Source of the DNA: Lama guanicoe
Lineage: Eukaryota
DNA: 64,000 nucleotides
Assembly (NCBI GenBank): GCA_013239625.1
Contig: MU054220.1
Location: 6,979,367-7,043,366, forward strand
Direction: 5' to 3'
Shown here piece by piece: positions 50,955-63,730 of the stretch. The notes under the pieces are model-generated. The model worked only from the letters and a program-made list of their open reading frames with translations. It was not told the DNA's origin and made no database searches. The position numbers were made by a program, and so were the translations under genes. Each line of letters starts with the position of its first letter. Position 1 is the stretch's first letter.

Positions 50955-51240
50955 ATTCATTTATTCAACCAATATTTATTGACCATGTACTATGTGCTAG
51001 GCATTGTTCCAGGTACTGGGAACGTCGCCATGACTACTGTGCTAGATGCTTTGATACGGGTTTACATAAAGGTGCTTTGAAATTGAAGAAGCTGTTAGTT
51101 CTGTCCTGAGGTTTGAGGGAAGACTTCATTGAGATAATATTTTTATATACCTTGACACAAGCAGAAGTTTGCCAAGGTGGGAACTACAAGGTAGCAGACA
51201 TAGTGGGTGCAGAGGGAGAAAGAGGAAAGGTTGAAACAGC
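50955..51240 (-). mobile_element. L2 3' end
   Basis: attcatttattcaaccaatatttattgaccatgtactatgtgctaggcattgttccaggtactggg. Confidence 0.8.
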
Positions 51241-51261
51241 CTGAAAGCCATGCGCTAGGGG

Positions 51262-51430
51262 TCAGCGTGGTGTCTTGGGGAAAGCATGGGTGTTGAGTTC
51301 AACAGAACTTAAGTTTGCATCTAAGTAACATCTTAGTAGCTGAGTAACAGCTGACAATAGTATTAGCCTCTCTGTGCCACGTTTTCATACCTCTTAAGTT
51401 TCTCTCAAGCGTTAGCGATAATGAATAAGA
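51262..51430 (+). mobile_element. MIR
   Basis: cagcgtggtgtc...aaagcatgggtgttgagttcaacaga...gcctctctgtgccacgttttcat. Confidence 0.6.
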
Positions 51431-52027
51431 CAGCCTCATGGGATGTCAGTCTCATGCCTCCTCAAGTTTCAGGTCGCTGTGCTGACACCCCTCCACAGGT
51501 CTGAAGCTCTCAAGGATGTGGGTGGGGTTCTGATCCCTCCAAATGTTCATTTTGCTAAAGTTGGGGAGAGTGCGTCTGGGGACATATTTTTGCCTATTGG
51601 GGAAGATCTTCCATCGGGAAAGTCTCCTTTTTTTTTTTTTTTCCCTAAATGGGAATTGTTTCCCTGTATTTTCGATGACGGAGAGAATAGCCAAGAAGAG
51701 AAGCAAACCAAGTCGCGGTTAAGGAGTGAAGGGTGTCCTAGATCGTTCATAAGCTGAATCATAAAGCAGAGCTCCACGTGGGCAGAGATGCATGTGCACA
51801 TGTAACTAATCATCAGTGTTGTTATTCAACAACGGATAATACCTGTCACTGTCTGGATTATGTATTCTGGATTTTTTTTTCTCTTTTAATAATTAGCATG
51901 TCTCCAGTCTGGTTTTCTTCATTTGATAGTTTTTGTGTCTATGTACATTCATATGTACATACACTTCACTGAGCATAAACTACATACAAAATCTGAGTGT
52001 TGTTTTTATATAAATTATCAAGTACTG

Positions 52028-52187
52028 ATGCTATTCAGTGTGTGGCCTGTGAACCAGCAGCGTGGGCATCTTCAAGAACTTTTTTTTAGAAAGGCAGAAT
52101 CCCAGGCCCCACTCTAAATCTACGGAATCAGAATTTGCATTTTGACAAGATCCCTGGGTGATTCACGTTAAAGTTTGAGAAACATTG
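52028..52187. mobile_element. MER5A
   Basis: gtgtggcctgtgaaccagcagcgtgggcatc...aggcagaatcccaggcccc...ggaatcagaatttgcattttgacaagatccctgggtgattc...gtttgagaaacattg. Confidence 0.85.
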
Positions 52188-52299
52188 ACGTATATGGTAT
52201 ATTTAGTTCTGTATCCTACTTTGTCACTTACAAAAACTGAAAAGTTTTTAACTTTTCCATATTCTCCATTCATTTTTTTTCTAGATATTTTATCTTATT

Positions 52300-52440
52300 T
52301 AGTCCTCCTGATAATTTTATCAAGTTGGCATTGTGATCCATGCAGATAATGAAGTTGCTGATCAGAGAGGTTAAATGAATGGTCCCCAGTCACATATCTG
52401 ATAAATCACACACCAGTTGTTTCTGACTCCAGAAGCCACG
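52300..52440 (-). mobile_element. MIR
   Basis: gcagataatgaagttgctgatcagagaggttaaatgaatggtccccagtcaca...tctgactccaga. Confidence 0.6.
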
Positions 52441-55400
52441 GCCCTACCCACTGTCAATTACTGCTCCTTTGTTTGAACCACTCTTTTATTATAGGCATTT
52501 CCACCCGATTCTCAGAATTGTATACTAATACGTGAGAATCTGGACCTGGGCCCATCGTGGAACAACCAACACTCCCTTCTCTTTGCTTTCCACCCATCAC
52601 CCCGGGCCTGGGTCTCACTATGCTGCTTCCCTTTCTCTCCATGGAAGGAGTTTCAGAGACCAATCCTCTTGCTGGTTCCAGGGCCCGTGCCCTCAGTGGA
52701 CCCACTCATTTCGCCCTCCATGTATTTCCTTGACTTCTATTCAGATAGGTTCTTGTCCTCTCAACATGCTTATATGATGATAATATTTATATCATTATGT
52801 ATTATTTCCATCATCATCATTCTATTGGGTAGAAATTGAAAAGATCTTTTTGTGGTTCTTTGTTGATCTTGAGTGTATGGAAGCATGTGAAAATCAATCA
52901 CATAAAGGCAAATATCTAGTTTATTTTCTACTCGTAAAAGGAATCATGGACCGAGGGGGATTCAGTCTTTCTAGTGGTCAATGACGTGGCCATTTTAATC
53001 AGAAGCCACTCTAGACATCAGACGTAGAGTGTGCTGGTTGCTGGTTCCATCCAGTCATATGACCCTCACTGAATGGGATGCTTAAAAATGCAGATGCATT
53101 TTCTGACTGTCAGAATGTTTTCCTAGTGGCCATGTGGAGGTTGTATAAGTTCATTCAAGGGTTTGACAGGTTATTTCTTTGGAAAGCAGAGCCAGGACAT
53201 GATGTTCACCTAAGTACTGTCAGTTTGGGCATCAAACGTGCATGGTTTATGCCAACACTGACATCTCATTCTCTTCTCCTCTCTCCAGCAGAGAGACTCC
53301 TCTGCCAAGCCAGCTGAAAATAGTGCCTTCAGTTGTGCCTGGTAGCTGTTAACTCCTCTGAGGCACATGGTGATTTCTGAGTCCTTAGTCACAGTAGCTC
53401 CACCTAGCCCCAAATTAATAATGTAGAATTAAAACTCCGCAGATCACATGGGCAGAGGGAAGGAAGAATTCTAACTTTCTGTTGTCTCAAAGTTTTCATT
53501 TTTGTTTAAATACATTTGTTTAAACACTCTAGAGAGTGATTGGCCTTTCCCATAATCATTTAATTCTAAAGGCTATTTTTTTCACTAAATCCCACTTTGC
53601 CCAGTAGCTATGTTCCAAAGCCACCCTGCATATATGAATGTCAAATGAGTAGCATCATATTATAAACATCTCTGAGGGATTTAATTACACTAAGACATTA
53701 TCATCATTGTTCTTGACATCACCGTAATCTCTGCAACACCTGTTTCATTGTAAACATTTTGCATTTATTCTGAGTCAGTCCTTACCACAACATTACTAAG
53801 TAGCCATGATCACCATTCTTCTTATGAGAAAACCAAGGGCTGAACAGATTAGTTTTATCTTCCAAGGCCATAAAATCCAGGAGGGGATAGTATTTTTATC
53901 AAGTTTTGCAAGTTCTATGAACTAAGTACTTTCCTTCTCATCATAGTGATTTTTGATACTGACATTTTTAAAAAATTGTTTGTAAAATGAATAACTGGGT
54001 ATATTATAAAATATTACTCAAAAATGCAAGAAATATGCTCTTTTAAAAAATTTTGTAACATTCATGGGCAGTGGAAGTAGTATGGGAGGAAGGGCAGACA
54101 AAAATATTTTTAATTTGGGTGCTACATTTAGAAGCTTCCCTAGAATTCATAGAGCCCAGTTCTTTTGCAATATAGGTTCCAAGTTTGTTGGTTGAGAGAG
54201 GTTAATTCATTTGCCTAATTCCGGGTGTTATTCAGGAGTCAGCTCCAGGGCCAGCACACAATCATTCTGACTCATGGTACAAAGGTGGAACAGCCAAAAT
54301 GCCTTGCATTTGAACTCCCTACTAGGTGGTCTCCATAACCACTCAAATAATGGCTTGCTGGAAAAAAGCTTAGTCTTGCTGGGGAAAAAAAACGATTAAT
54401 CATGCAGACAACGTTTCTATTTTGTTTTGTCAGTTAATTTTAAGTGAAATTTAGAGAAGTACTAAAAGGCTAATGCACTTTTATTATAGATACATTTTCT
54501 CACACCATAAAATGAAAGCGAGAAATAATGTCTATAAATAAAAATTTTATCTTTAGATGTTCTTTTAAGGTTTTGTACTCAGTTTTCATAAGAATTGAAA
54601 TCTTTACTCCACTGCTTGAAAAAAGATTGTCCTGTGGACTTGTATCTAACATCTAATCCCTTGATTTTCATTTCTCAAACACCTCAGGGAGAGGAGGGGC
54701 CAAATACAGATAGAGACTGTTGATGATTTCTGATTGGATAAGCCCAGGTGGCTAAGAGCACAAAACAAGTCTGGATGGGGTCCAGGGTCAGCTACTGCGC
54801 AGAGGGAGTCATGTAGTCATGGCCCTTCAACCACCTAGAAATCCAGCAGTGAGGTTTGTGATACAGTTGTAATGTCTTATGCAGAGCAGGACTTGGCTCC
54901 CACAAAATCAAGGGTGCCCTTTCTTTTCTAGCTCCATCATTTTGAACTTTTTTTTTTTAAGTTTTGCAAGTATCAAAGATTTCCCCTCACTTTCACCTTT
55001 AAGGGGGAATATGCCTTGGAGATGATAAAATATCAGTGAATTACTTGCTAAACTTTTAGTCAATACACTCTTTCTCCTTAAGGGGGATAATTCATCCATT
55101 TTGACAATTTGGAACAATGCAGCTTAACCACACTTCTCTTCTTTTCCTCTCCATCCTCCTCTGTTCCCCACCTCTTTTTCAAATTAGTGGTTCCAGAGCA
55201 AGACTTGAACAACAAACGGGGAGTGAGAGGCATGACAGTCCTTAGGAGCCATGAGAGGACACCAAGATCAATGCAATTTGTTTAGCACTTAAGTCTCCAA
55301 GACCACAGCCATCAATTACTAGAGCATTTATATAAGTTATTTTGGAATGGTCAGATTCTGAGCTTTTGGGATCTTCTAGTGAATTCAAACATAATTCAAA

Positions 55401-56160
55401 ACATATGAATTCATATGACCTTACTCTCTTTCAGTCACAATTTCTCACCTTGAGGCAGAGGGTGATTGGATGTATGTGGACTCCAGCTCTCACACACATA
55501 AAAACACTGCCTTAGAGATTCTCAAGACCCTTTCCTCTCCAGAAGAGATGCATTCTACTCATTCTCCTTGTCACTGATGGATGTTTCTCATATCCCTCAG
55601 GTGTACATGGAGTCAGAATATTGGCTGACAACCATAAATTCAGATCCTTTTGCTTTTTTCCGGTACGTTCTTTCCTCCAAGTCTCAAGGATTGTGAACTT
55701 GTGGATCTGGTGAAAATAAAGAACATGGAAGAGCTTTGGCCACAATCTATGTGAAGTATCAAAATGATAATATTTCTGTTCATGTGGTTATTTATAAAAG
55801 TTTGTGATCAGGCCAAAGACAGCTCCTAGGAGGACATTACATCCATGTCTGTAGAACTGTATAACCCAATATAGAATAATTTATTTAGATCTGAGAGGTA
55901 AAAATGGAGTCATATTTTTTCTTCCTTCTCTTCTTTGTTCTATGCTTGTCATTATTTATGATGTATTTATTGAGAACTTTAATACAAACTATGTCCCAAG
56001 TTCTGTGTTTTCCAATACAATGCGTGCACCATTACTGGAAATCAAATCCATTTCCGTACAGAATCTGAAAGATTATTTCACCCAGTTTGTGAAATGAAGT
56101 GCTGCCTAGCAACGACAAGTGAATGATGACAGGCAAAAGCTTCCTGACTTGATGTGGTCT

Positions 56161-56300
56161 TATATTCTGTCATCAGGATTTTCATGGTCATCCTCTCCTT
56201 CCTACACATGTTTTGAAAGCATACTATATTCTGTCATCATAAGTGATCTTTCAGGATTTTCATGGTCATCCTCTCCTTCCTACACATGTTTTGAAAGCAT
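56161..56300. repeat. Local tandem duplication (62-bp and 76-bp copies)
   Basis: tatattctgtcatca and ggattttcatggtcatcctctccttcctacacatgttttgaaagcat each occur twice, exactly. Confidence 0.95.
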
Positions 56301-56814
56301 CTTTCTGAGCCTTGAGCTTTCTCTTTGGGAAGGAATTCAACATGTAATAGCTTAACTCAGGGCAATTTCTTTCAACTCTTCACGGTTTTATCATATATGA
56401 TTCAGTGAATGACATAAGTGTCATTTCTGAGACACTGGTGTATTACTCAAAGTATACTTGTTTGGGTATGACATGTTTCTCCATCAGTGAGCTCTATGGC
56501 ATTTTTCAAAGATGTGGGGATTCAGGCAAGGTATTTGGTCATGGTGAAACAAACAAACTTGTATTACTGTCTTTTTTTCTAACCATTTTGATCTTTCTCG
56601 CTTCATGCACACAAAGAAAAGTGCTATTTGGGTTTATAAATATTTGTAGAAGTACATTTAACCTGAACTTTGAAATCTCCATTAAGCTTCGAAGTAAAAT
56701 GCACATTATTTACTCAGATAATCTGTAGAGTACAACAAGCAGGCATTCCATTCCAGGGTTAGAATAGCACTCTTATTTAACTGCCCAACCCATTTATTAT
56801 ATTAATAATATTAA

Positions 56815-57020
56815 TTCACTAGGCCTTGTGCTGAGCTTTATTATATGTATTCTTAATCGCCCCAGACAGCCTGTGGGAGAGGTACTATCATTTTCTCTAA
56901 TTTACATATGAAAAATTAAAGATTAACAAGGTTTAAAATAATGAGCAAGCAACAGAATTAGGATTCAAACACAGGGAGTCTGATTGCAGATTCCTTGAAT
57001 TTATTTACAGCGCTAAACTA
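56815..57020 (-). mobile_element. MIR
   Basis: cagcctgtgggagaggtactatcatttt...aggattcaaacacagggagtctgattgcaga. Confidence 0.65.
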
Positions 57021-57539
57021 CTTTATACAAGTTTGCTGTAGAGTATCCAAAAAAAAAAAAAAGATGTGTAGTACCTACTCAGCAACTCTTTACTATTTTA
57101 AAATTAGAAGGAATAGTGCTAATTGTCCCAGAAAAGCAGAGATCCCCACCTCAGATATCGTTAATTTATCATCCTCTTTACTAATGCGTATCATATACAA
57201 GCTGATTGTACCTATGTATGTGGTGCCATCTTGAATTGCTGTTTCTGCTTGCTAGATATATGACCAACGTCTCAATTATTTTACATGTAAAAGAGGATCA
57301 TAGAAAACTCCATTTGCATAAATGAGATGACTTATGCCAATTCCCTAATGTGGCGCCCAATATAAAAATGTCAACATGCATTAATTCCTTTTCCTCAGAC
57401 ATAATCACCATGCTCTAGCTTGAGTTGCAAGTTTCTAGAAATATTCATCAGGCATTTTCTAAAAAAACATATTTCAAAATGTGACTTGTTTTCTGATTTT
57501 AAAAGCAATGCATGTCCTTTGTAGACTATTTGAAAATTA

Positions 57540-57990
57540 CAGGATGTATTATAAAGGATAAATAAAAACCAATTTGAGCACTGTGAGAAAACAGATGGCA
57601 CACTCAATCCAAATGATTTTGGCAAGGTTTAGAGAGATTAAGAAGTTTCCAGGAGGCCCAGTACAAGGGAGCCCTTCCCACCCTTAGAACTGCACGGAGA
57701 AGTAGAGAGATTGTTAGTGGAGGAGTGGCTGTAAGTATTGGGTTGCCCGAGAGAAGCCTTCGCCTTCATTAAAGGAATACAGCCAAGTCACAAAGATGGC
57801 GGAAATGAATTCCCCAACATCCTCCTCCTATTGACTCTTCAGGTCCTTCAAGGGACTTCCACTGCCTAAACCCAAAAAGAAGCCAGAAATCAAGCGAACC
57901 AAGGAAAAGCAAACTTCAAGGTCAGCCTCCCAGTACAGAATACGATGCAGGAGGGCAAAGAGTGGATCTGAATACTCTAGAGAGTCAGCA
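57540..57990 (-). mobile_element. ERVL LTR (LTR33-like)
   Basis: gaaaacagatggcacactcaa...ttccactgcctaaacccaaaaagaagccaga...gtcagcctccc...agagtggatctg. Confidence 0.65.
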
Positions 57991-58419
57991 CCTGGAGTGA
58001 CTTGGTCTTTCTAGTTGGTAAGACAGCATTCCATTGAAGGATATACTAAATAACTTAATTTGGTGGTGCTGAGGGTTAGGCTCAGGATGTACTTATGCTG
58101 TCACTGGGTAGCACATTGTAAAGTATCTGTGCAATTCATTATGGTGTGATCTATTTCTCCTGTTTTAATATTTCATAATCAACCTAAGAGTATCTCTATA
58201 TTCCAGCATCATAAAGCTTATCTGAACAACTGGAATAAAAATGAGTACACGTTAGTTACGTTGTGCTTGCTCCTTGACCTTTATCCATTTAGTCTGAAAA
58301 AGTCCCAACCATCGTCATGAGCAAACCTCCAATTGCCTTAATTGTCTCAGTTTTACTTCTGTATATCTCTTCCTATTTCCTTAGCGTTTAGTGTTCTCGT
58401 AGCCAATGCATGGTGTGAC

Positions 58420-58970
58420 TATTGCATTGGTTCAGACCTTTTTTTCTGGTTATAAATATCAGAAATAGAATCCAAACTAGTTTAAACAAAAGAACTTGTT
58501 GGCTTGCATATCTTTAAATTACTCAAGTATAGTTGGGAAAAATGTACAGCTGGTCTAGAGGCTCAAGACTAATATCATAATTACTCTTTTTCTTATATAA
58601 TGTTTATGAGTATAGAAAGATCTATCTGCATCCCTATTATATATTTATCTACTTATTCATCTATCTCTATGTCCATATATGTAACTATATACACCTAGAA
58701 ATACATGTTGTATCTGTATCTATAGCCGTATCTACATCTTGCCACTGTTTTCCTCTAGATTGGCTATATTCCCAAGTGGACTGTCTTCACATTCAGAAGT
58801 TGTACGGGTGGCCATTGGCAGTTCCAGGTGATAGACTAACATCTCAGCGACCCAGAGGCAAGAGAACCCCTTTGGTATTTCTAGCAAAAGCCTCTGTGAT
58901 GATTCGTATAGCCTACCTTGGGCCATTTCACCATCACTGAATAAATCACCACAGACAGAGAGAGAGGAAG
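58420..58970 (-). mobile_element. Old MaLR LTR (MLT1J/K/L-like) with internal AT-rich low-complexity tract
   Basis: ttctggttataaatatcagaaa...tccaaactagtttaaacaaaa...ggcagttccagg...ccttgggccat...ccatcactgaataaatcac. Confidence 0.55.
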
Positions 58971-59829
58971 GCTAGGTCAAATCTGTCGGTGTTTTGCTTT
59001 TGTGTATCAGTCTGGATATTTCATGGCATTTTTGGGTGAGGTATATAGCTAAAAATTAGGTTTCAGTGACACGACTCTACTATCTAGAAGGATCTCTGGG
59101 AGGAGAGATAATGTCAGTCTGGGAGAAAATGGATAAATTATTTGAAACCAACCTAGTCAATATCCTAAGGGCAGAAGGAAGAGATAAGAATTACTTACTA
59201 AAAGACAGACAATAACTTGTAAGGTGGATTAGTTACTAGGAAAGATTTTAAAAGATGTCCAAGAAACTTCAATACACCTAAGAAAGTCAATTTTGGAATA
59301 AAATATGTTCTCCAAACTTCTTAAAAATAAAATGGAAGGTAAATAAAGCACATTAACTATGGCAGCTGAAAGCAAAATGGTCTTTCATAGTCATAATTTG
59401 TATATCTGGAAAATCTGTTTTAAATAATTCTTAACCATTAACCAACCATTAATGTAAATAAAAGATCCTGGAAATATGATTCAAATAATATGAAAGCTCT
59501 GCCACGCTAGTAGAGCAATAAATGTGTAAATGAAAATATAATTCAAACCAATAGATCTTTCAAACCAACAAAATAAAGCTATGGTCTTGCTTGTTCTGTA
59601 AACACTTTCAATTATGTGTGTATTAAGTTGCTTCCTAATTTCTTACATTTGCTAATCAGAATTCTCTAGTGCCATCTCTTTAGAGAAGGTCTCTAAAAAT
59701 AAAGTGCATATGCAAGAAACCATAGTCTCTAAATTTAATGAGTTATGTTAATCCAAGATATAAATCTGTCTGCTTTGGGTAGCACTGAATTAAGCCCTCT
59801 GAATTATTAAACCTTGGGGTATAAAATGA

Positions 59830-60431
59830 TGTGGTAGACACAATTCTAAGAGCCCCAAGATGCCTGCCTCCTGTGTACTCACTCTCCCAGTATAATCTCC
59901 TCCCTTTCATTGTGGGTTCAACTGTGAATATGGTGGGATAGCATGTGCATGACAGAATACATTATATAGCAAATGTGGAGGAATTTTTCAGATGTCTTCA
60001 AGGTCCGCAGTCAGATGACTCTGAGTTATCTAAGGGAAGGGTATGCTAGCCAAGTCTGAACTAATCAGGTGAGTCTACTAAATATGGTCTAGAAGAGACA
60101 GAAAATTAGTAACAAATGGGCTCTTGTTAGTCATGGAGAGGGCTATGTGGCAGAAAATGATAGGCAGAATCTAGGAGCTGGGAGCTACACTCCTACAACC
60201 ACAAGAAATATATTTTGTCAACAATGAGATTAGAAGAAGACCCTGAGCCTCAAAGGGAATTACAGCCTTAACCACCACCATGCTGCAACCTTGCTAGACC
60301 CTGAGCAGAGAATTGATGTAAACTGTGCCCAGATCCATAACCTGTGGAAACTGTGAGATAACAAAGATGTGTTGTTCTAAGCTGCTAAATTTGTGATAAT
60401 TTGTTACACAGCTGCAGAAGACACATGAACA
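59830..60431 (+). mobile_element. MaLR solo LTR (MLT1E-like)
   Basis: tgtggtagacacaattctaag...ctacaaccacaagaaat...gacccctg-like block...ggaaactgtgagataacaaagatgtgttgttctaagctgctaaatttgtg; TG...CA ends. Confidence 0.85.
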
Positions 60432-61744
60432 TGGCTTATCCACATTTTGTAATACAAAGTTACTTACCATTTCCATAGGTAATTTCTCCTATTCTCAGAA
60501 TATTCAGATAAACAGTGCAGTAATTCAGGATTTGTCTCTGCTCAGTAAGAAAGTCATTCTACTCAAGACCTTTCTACTAGAAAATAAAAATTCTTTTTCT
60601 ACATTTGTTTTGTATTTCTTAAACCACATTTTAATAATCCTGAAAATTCCACGCATTGTAAATTATGTTTCCATACTAAAGCACATTCCTGAGTTAGGAG
60701 CTCTGAAATGAGAGACAGAGGCAGCTCAGGAGTTCCAGCCTTAGTGTTACTCCCTTTAGTGTTGTCACCAGTGGAAAAAGAGAAGCATTTTCCCTACTTC
60801 TGAGGTCAGGAGCTACAGTGCAATTCATTCCTCACCCCCAGGGCTTAATTTATGACTGAGAACATGAGGAACATTAGAAAACAAAGAACTTTAGATTTTT
60901 TTTCTTTTTAAACTTCTCTTCCATTAGCAATCTGACTAGCTAAGTAATTATGAGTGGGGATGTTTTGAAAAGGAGATTGGCGCAACATACATGTATCCAC
61001 TACAAGGTCAAGTTACGGGTTATCCCAGAGTCATCTAGAATTTCATTAGAGAAGACTAGCTCGACATTGTGTCATGTCCAATGTCTACTAATGCAAGGTG
61101 ATGTTTTTGGGGGTAGGAGTGGGGAAAAGGCAGATGACTGCTTTATCTAATAATAACTCAAAGAGCAGTGTGAGCCTTGCCAAGTACTGTTGAAAGACAA
61201 AGGCAAAAAATAAATGAATAAAAATTCAGAATTTTGTGAGTAAACTCCAAATTTTGGGATAGAATATTTGATGTTGAAACCACTACATTTTATTTTATTT
61301 ATACATTTTATTTATTTGTATGAAGATGTATGGGTATTTATATATTTTAGAGAAACTCGTTCCCCAGAAGGCAGTCAGGGAAGGAGAGTGGGCATTTACA
61401 GCATTAAGTTTCTATTAGACTATGAACTTGAAGGCCTCTTTTTTTTTTTTTTGGTACCCATGACTCCAAAATAGAGATTAAATGAATAAATGGATGAATG
61501 GGTGACCAGTTCACTCACTATTTATCAGAGCAGAAATCATAAAATCTAGTCAACAAAATGATCCCACTGCCCTGCCTTTTGGTGATCAAACAGCAAATGG
61601 AAGCTATCATATTAGACACTCACAGCTGGAAGTGAAAAAAAAATGATAGAAAAAAGTACGTGTTGCTGAAGGATAAAGCAGAGTTCCATTTATTGTGAGT
61701 TCGCAGTTGCTTCCGAGAGTTGCAGTGGTAGCTTCCATCTTTGT

Positions 61745-62290
61745 ATAACAAACATTTTAGAGTGACCAACAGGTTCCAGGTACTGTGCTAGGAATTACAG
61801 ATACAGAAATAATAAGTTCCTGCCATCAAGGACAAACTCATATATAAACCATGAAAACCCAGCACGGTAAATAAACGCTAATATATTTTGCAAGATTATG
61901 CAGGATTATATGGGGCCCTCCTAATGCAGATTTGATGAGTGTGTGTTGGGCAGAGAAAGGGAACAGTGAGGGGGTTGTCTAAAGATTCCCAGGAGTAGTA
62001 ATATCTAAATTGAGTTTTGAAAAATGAGTAGGAATTCTTAGTAGAAGAAGGGATATTCTAAGCAGAGAATGATGTATAAAAATAGGTGAGATCACAGAAG
62101 CAGTGAAGAGAATGAACTTTTAAAGGAGCACAACTCAAGGCAGGAAGGCTATTAGAAGTCTCTATGTGATAACGGTGGAAAGTTACAAGGACCTGGGCTA
62201 AAGTCATGCAGGAGGATGGGATCAGTGAAGTCGGGCTTGACAGAAATTAAGGATAAATCAGATAGGACCCAGTGACTATAAATGTAGTGC
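61745..62290 (-). mobile_element. L2
   Basis: aacaaacattttagagtgacc...ccaggtactgtgctaggaattacagatacag...atctaaattgagttttgaaaaatgagtagga. Confidence 0.75.
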
Positions 62291-63176
62291 CTGAACCCAA
62301 CAGAGGAGAAAGGGACCATTTATTTCCAGGTGACGTCCTCAGTTACATAGTGATTAAATAGTAGGACCAAGAATTCACCCAGGTCTGTCTGAGCCCTAAA
62401 TATATGACGCTGTCTTCAGTTACATGATGCTCCTTTTTTGCTTATTTTTTAATAAAGAAGAAAGCTTCACAAGCCCTACAAACATTTAAAGTTATATTAT
62501 ATTCCATCATATTCTTTTATAAAAAAAAATTAAGGAGAAGACTTCATAATACCACTGGGTAGCCGTAAGAGCATTCAAACGAGAGGAAGCTGAAAATGTG
62601 AGTTAGGCAGCCATGGAAAGTTGGTGAGGTGAGGAGGGGCACATGGGCAGGCTGGTGGAAACATGGACGTAGATGGTATGTTCTAATTAAAGAGTCAAGA
62701 CACACGAAGCAGGAAAGACAGAAAGCAAAAAGTCCAAAATGAATCCAAAGTACACAAGTCCAAGCTATAAATCAGAGAAATCCATTTAGGATGCAGATAT
62801 TTAGAAACCCAAACAGGCAGGCAACATTAAGGAGATCCAGTTAGCAGAAAGAAAAAGATTTATTTACTGGGAGTCAGAGGGACAAGGGTAACAATTTCAA
62901 CTCTGGAAAAAAATAAAATACTAGACAAGGTCCAAATCACTGTTGAATAAGAAAGAACCCGTTCTTGAAGAACTAGAACACCTCGGTCTAAGTAAAGCTC
63001 CTGGCAAGGTTAATTCACTGTTACTTTGTAAATAAGTTGCTGACAGAAAGACTCCTGTACTTCCCCCATGAGAACATGATCTGAGTAGGGGTCGAACATC
63101 TAGAGAGATTTAGTGGATTCTGCTATACAAGCTACAGAGTTACAAGGGCAAGGTGCCGGGAAGGTCATTGCGGATA

Positions 63177-63258
63177 TTTTTCTTTCTTTCTTTCCTTTCT
63201 TTCCCTTGTTTCCCTTCTTTCCTTTCTTTCCCTTCTTTCCCTTCTTTCCCTTCTTTCC

Positions 63259-63291
<33 letters not shown>

Positions 63292-63367
63292 TTTCATCCT
63301 TTCTTCCTTTCTACCTTTCCTTTCCTTTCCTTTCCTTTCCTTTCCTTTCCTTTCCTTTCTTTTCCTT
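63177..63367. repeat. Compound polypyrimidine microsatellite: (TTCTTTCCC)n, (TTTC)n, (CCTTT)n
   Basis: About 190 bp with only three purines (g63208, a63296, a63313). Confidence 0.95.
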
Positions 63368-63499
63368 GTGACTTTCAGTGACTTAAGTTAAGCAAGAATT
63401 GGAATTGCATTTGCCAAGTGCTTACACACATGCAAATTCTGTTTGTCCTTTTCTAGTTAATGTATTTTCCCACCTCTGAGATTTTCTTACGGCTCCCTG

Positions 63500-63730
63500 G
63501 CAGTATGATGCAGCTAAAATTCTGTGTAGCCTTTGAAATATGAAAGACTTCAGTTCAAGAGCCAGTTTAACATTTACTTGCTATGTGGGTATGGATAGCT
63601 ATTTAAAGTCTTGAAGTTCACTTTATTCACCCATAATATGGGTATTGATAGTAATATACACACCTTACAGTGTTACCTGAGATTACATAATTTGTGGGAA
63701 TATTTAGAAAATGCAAAGAACTAATAAAAC
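63500..63730 (+). mobile_element. MIR
   Basis: ggcagtatgatgcag...cagttcaagagccagtttaacatttacttgctatgtg...ctaataaaa. Confidence 0.6.

Noticed and set aside
52982..52989. TGACGTGG (UPRE/ATF6-XBP1-type motif)
   Set aside because: A single 8-mer is expected by chance in 64 kb; no promoter context.
56161..56300. Direct repeats with a spacer, superficially CRISPR-like
   Set aside because: Only two units in mammalian DNA and no cas genes; explained by local duplication.
63100..63391. Lys/Gly-rich and Phe/Pro/Ser-rich ORFs
   Set aside because: Translations of the microsatellite.
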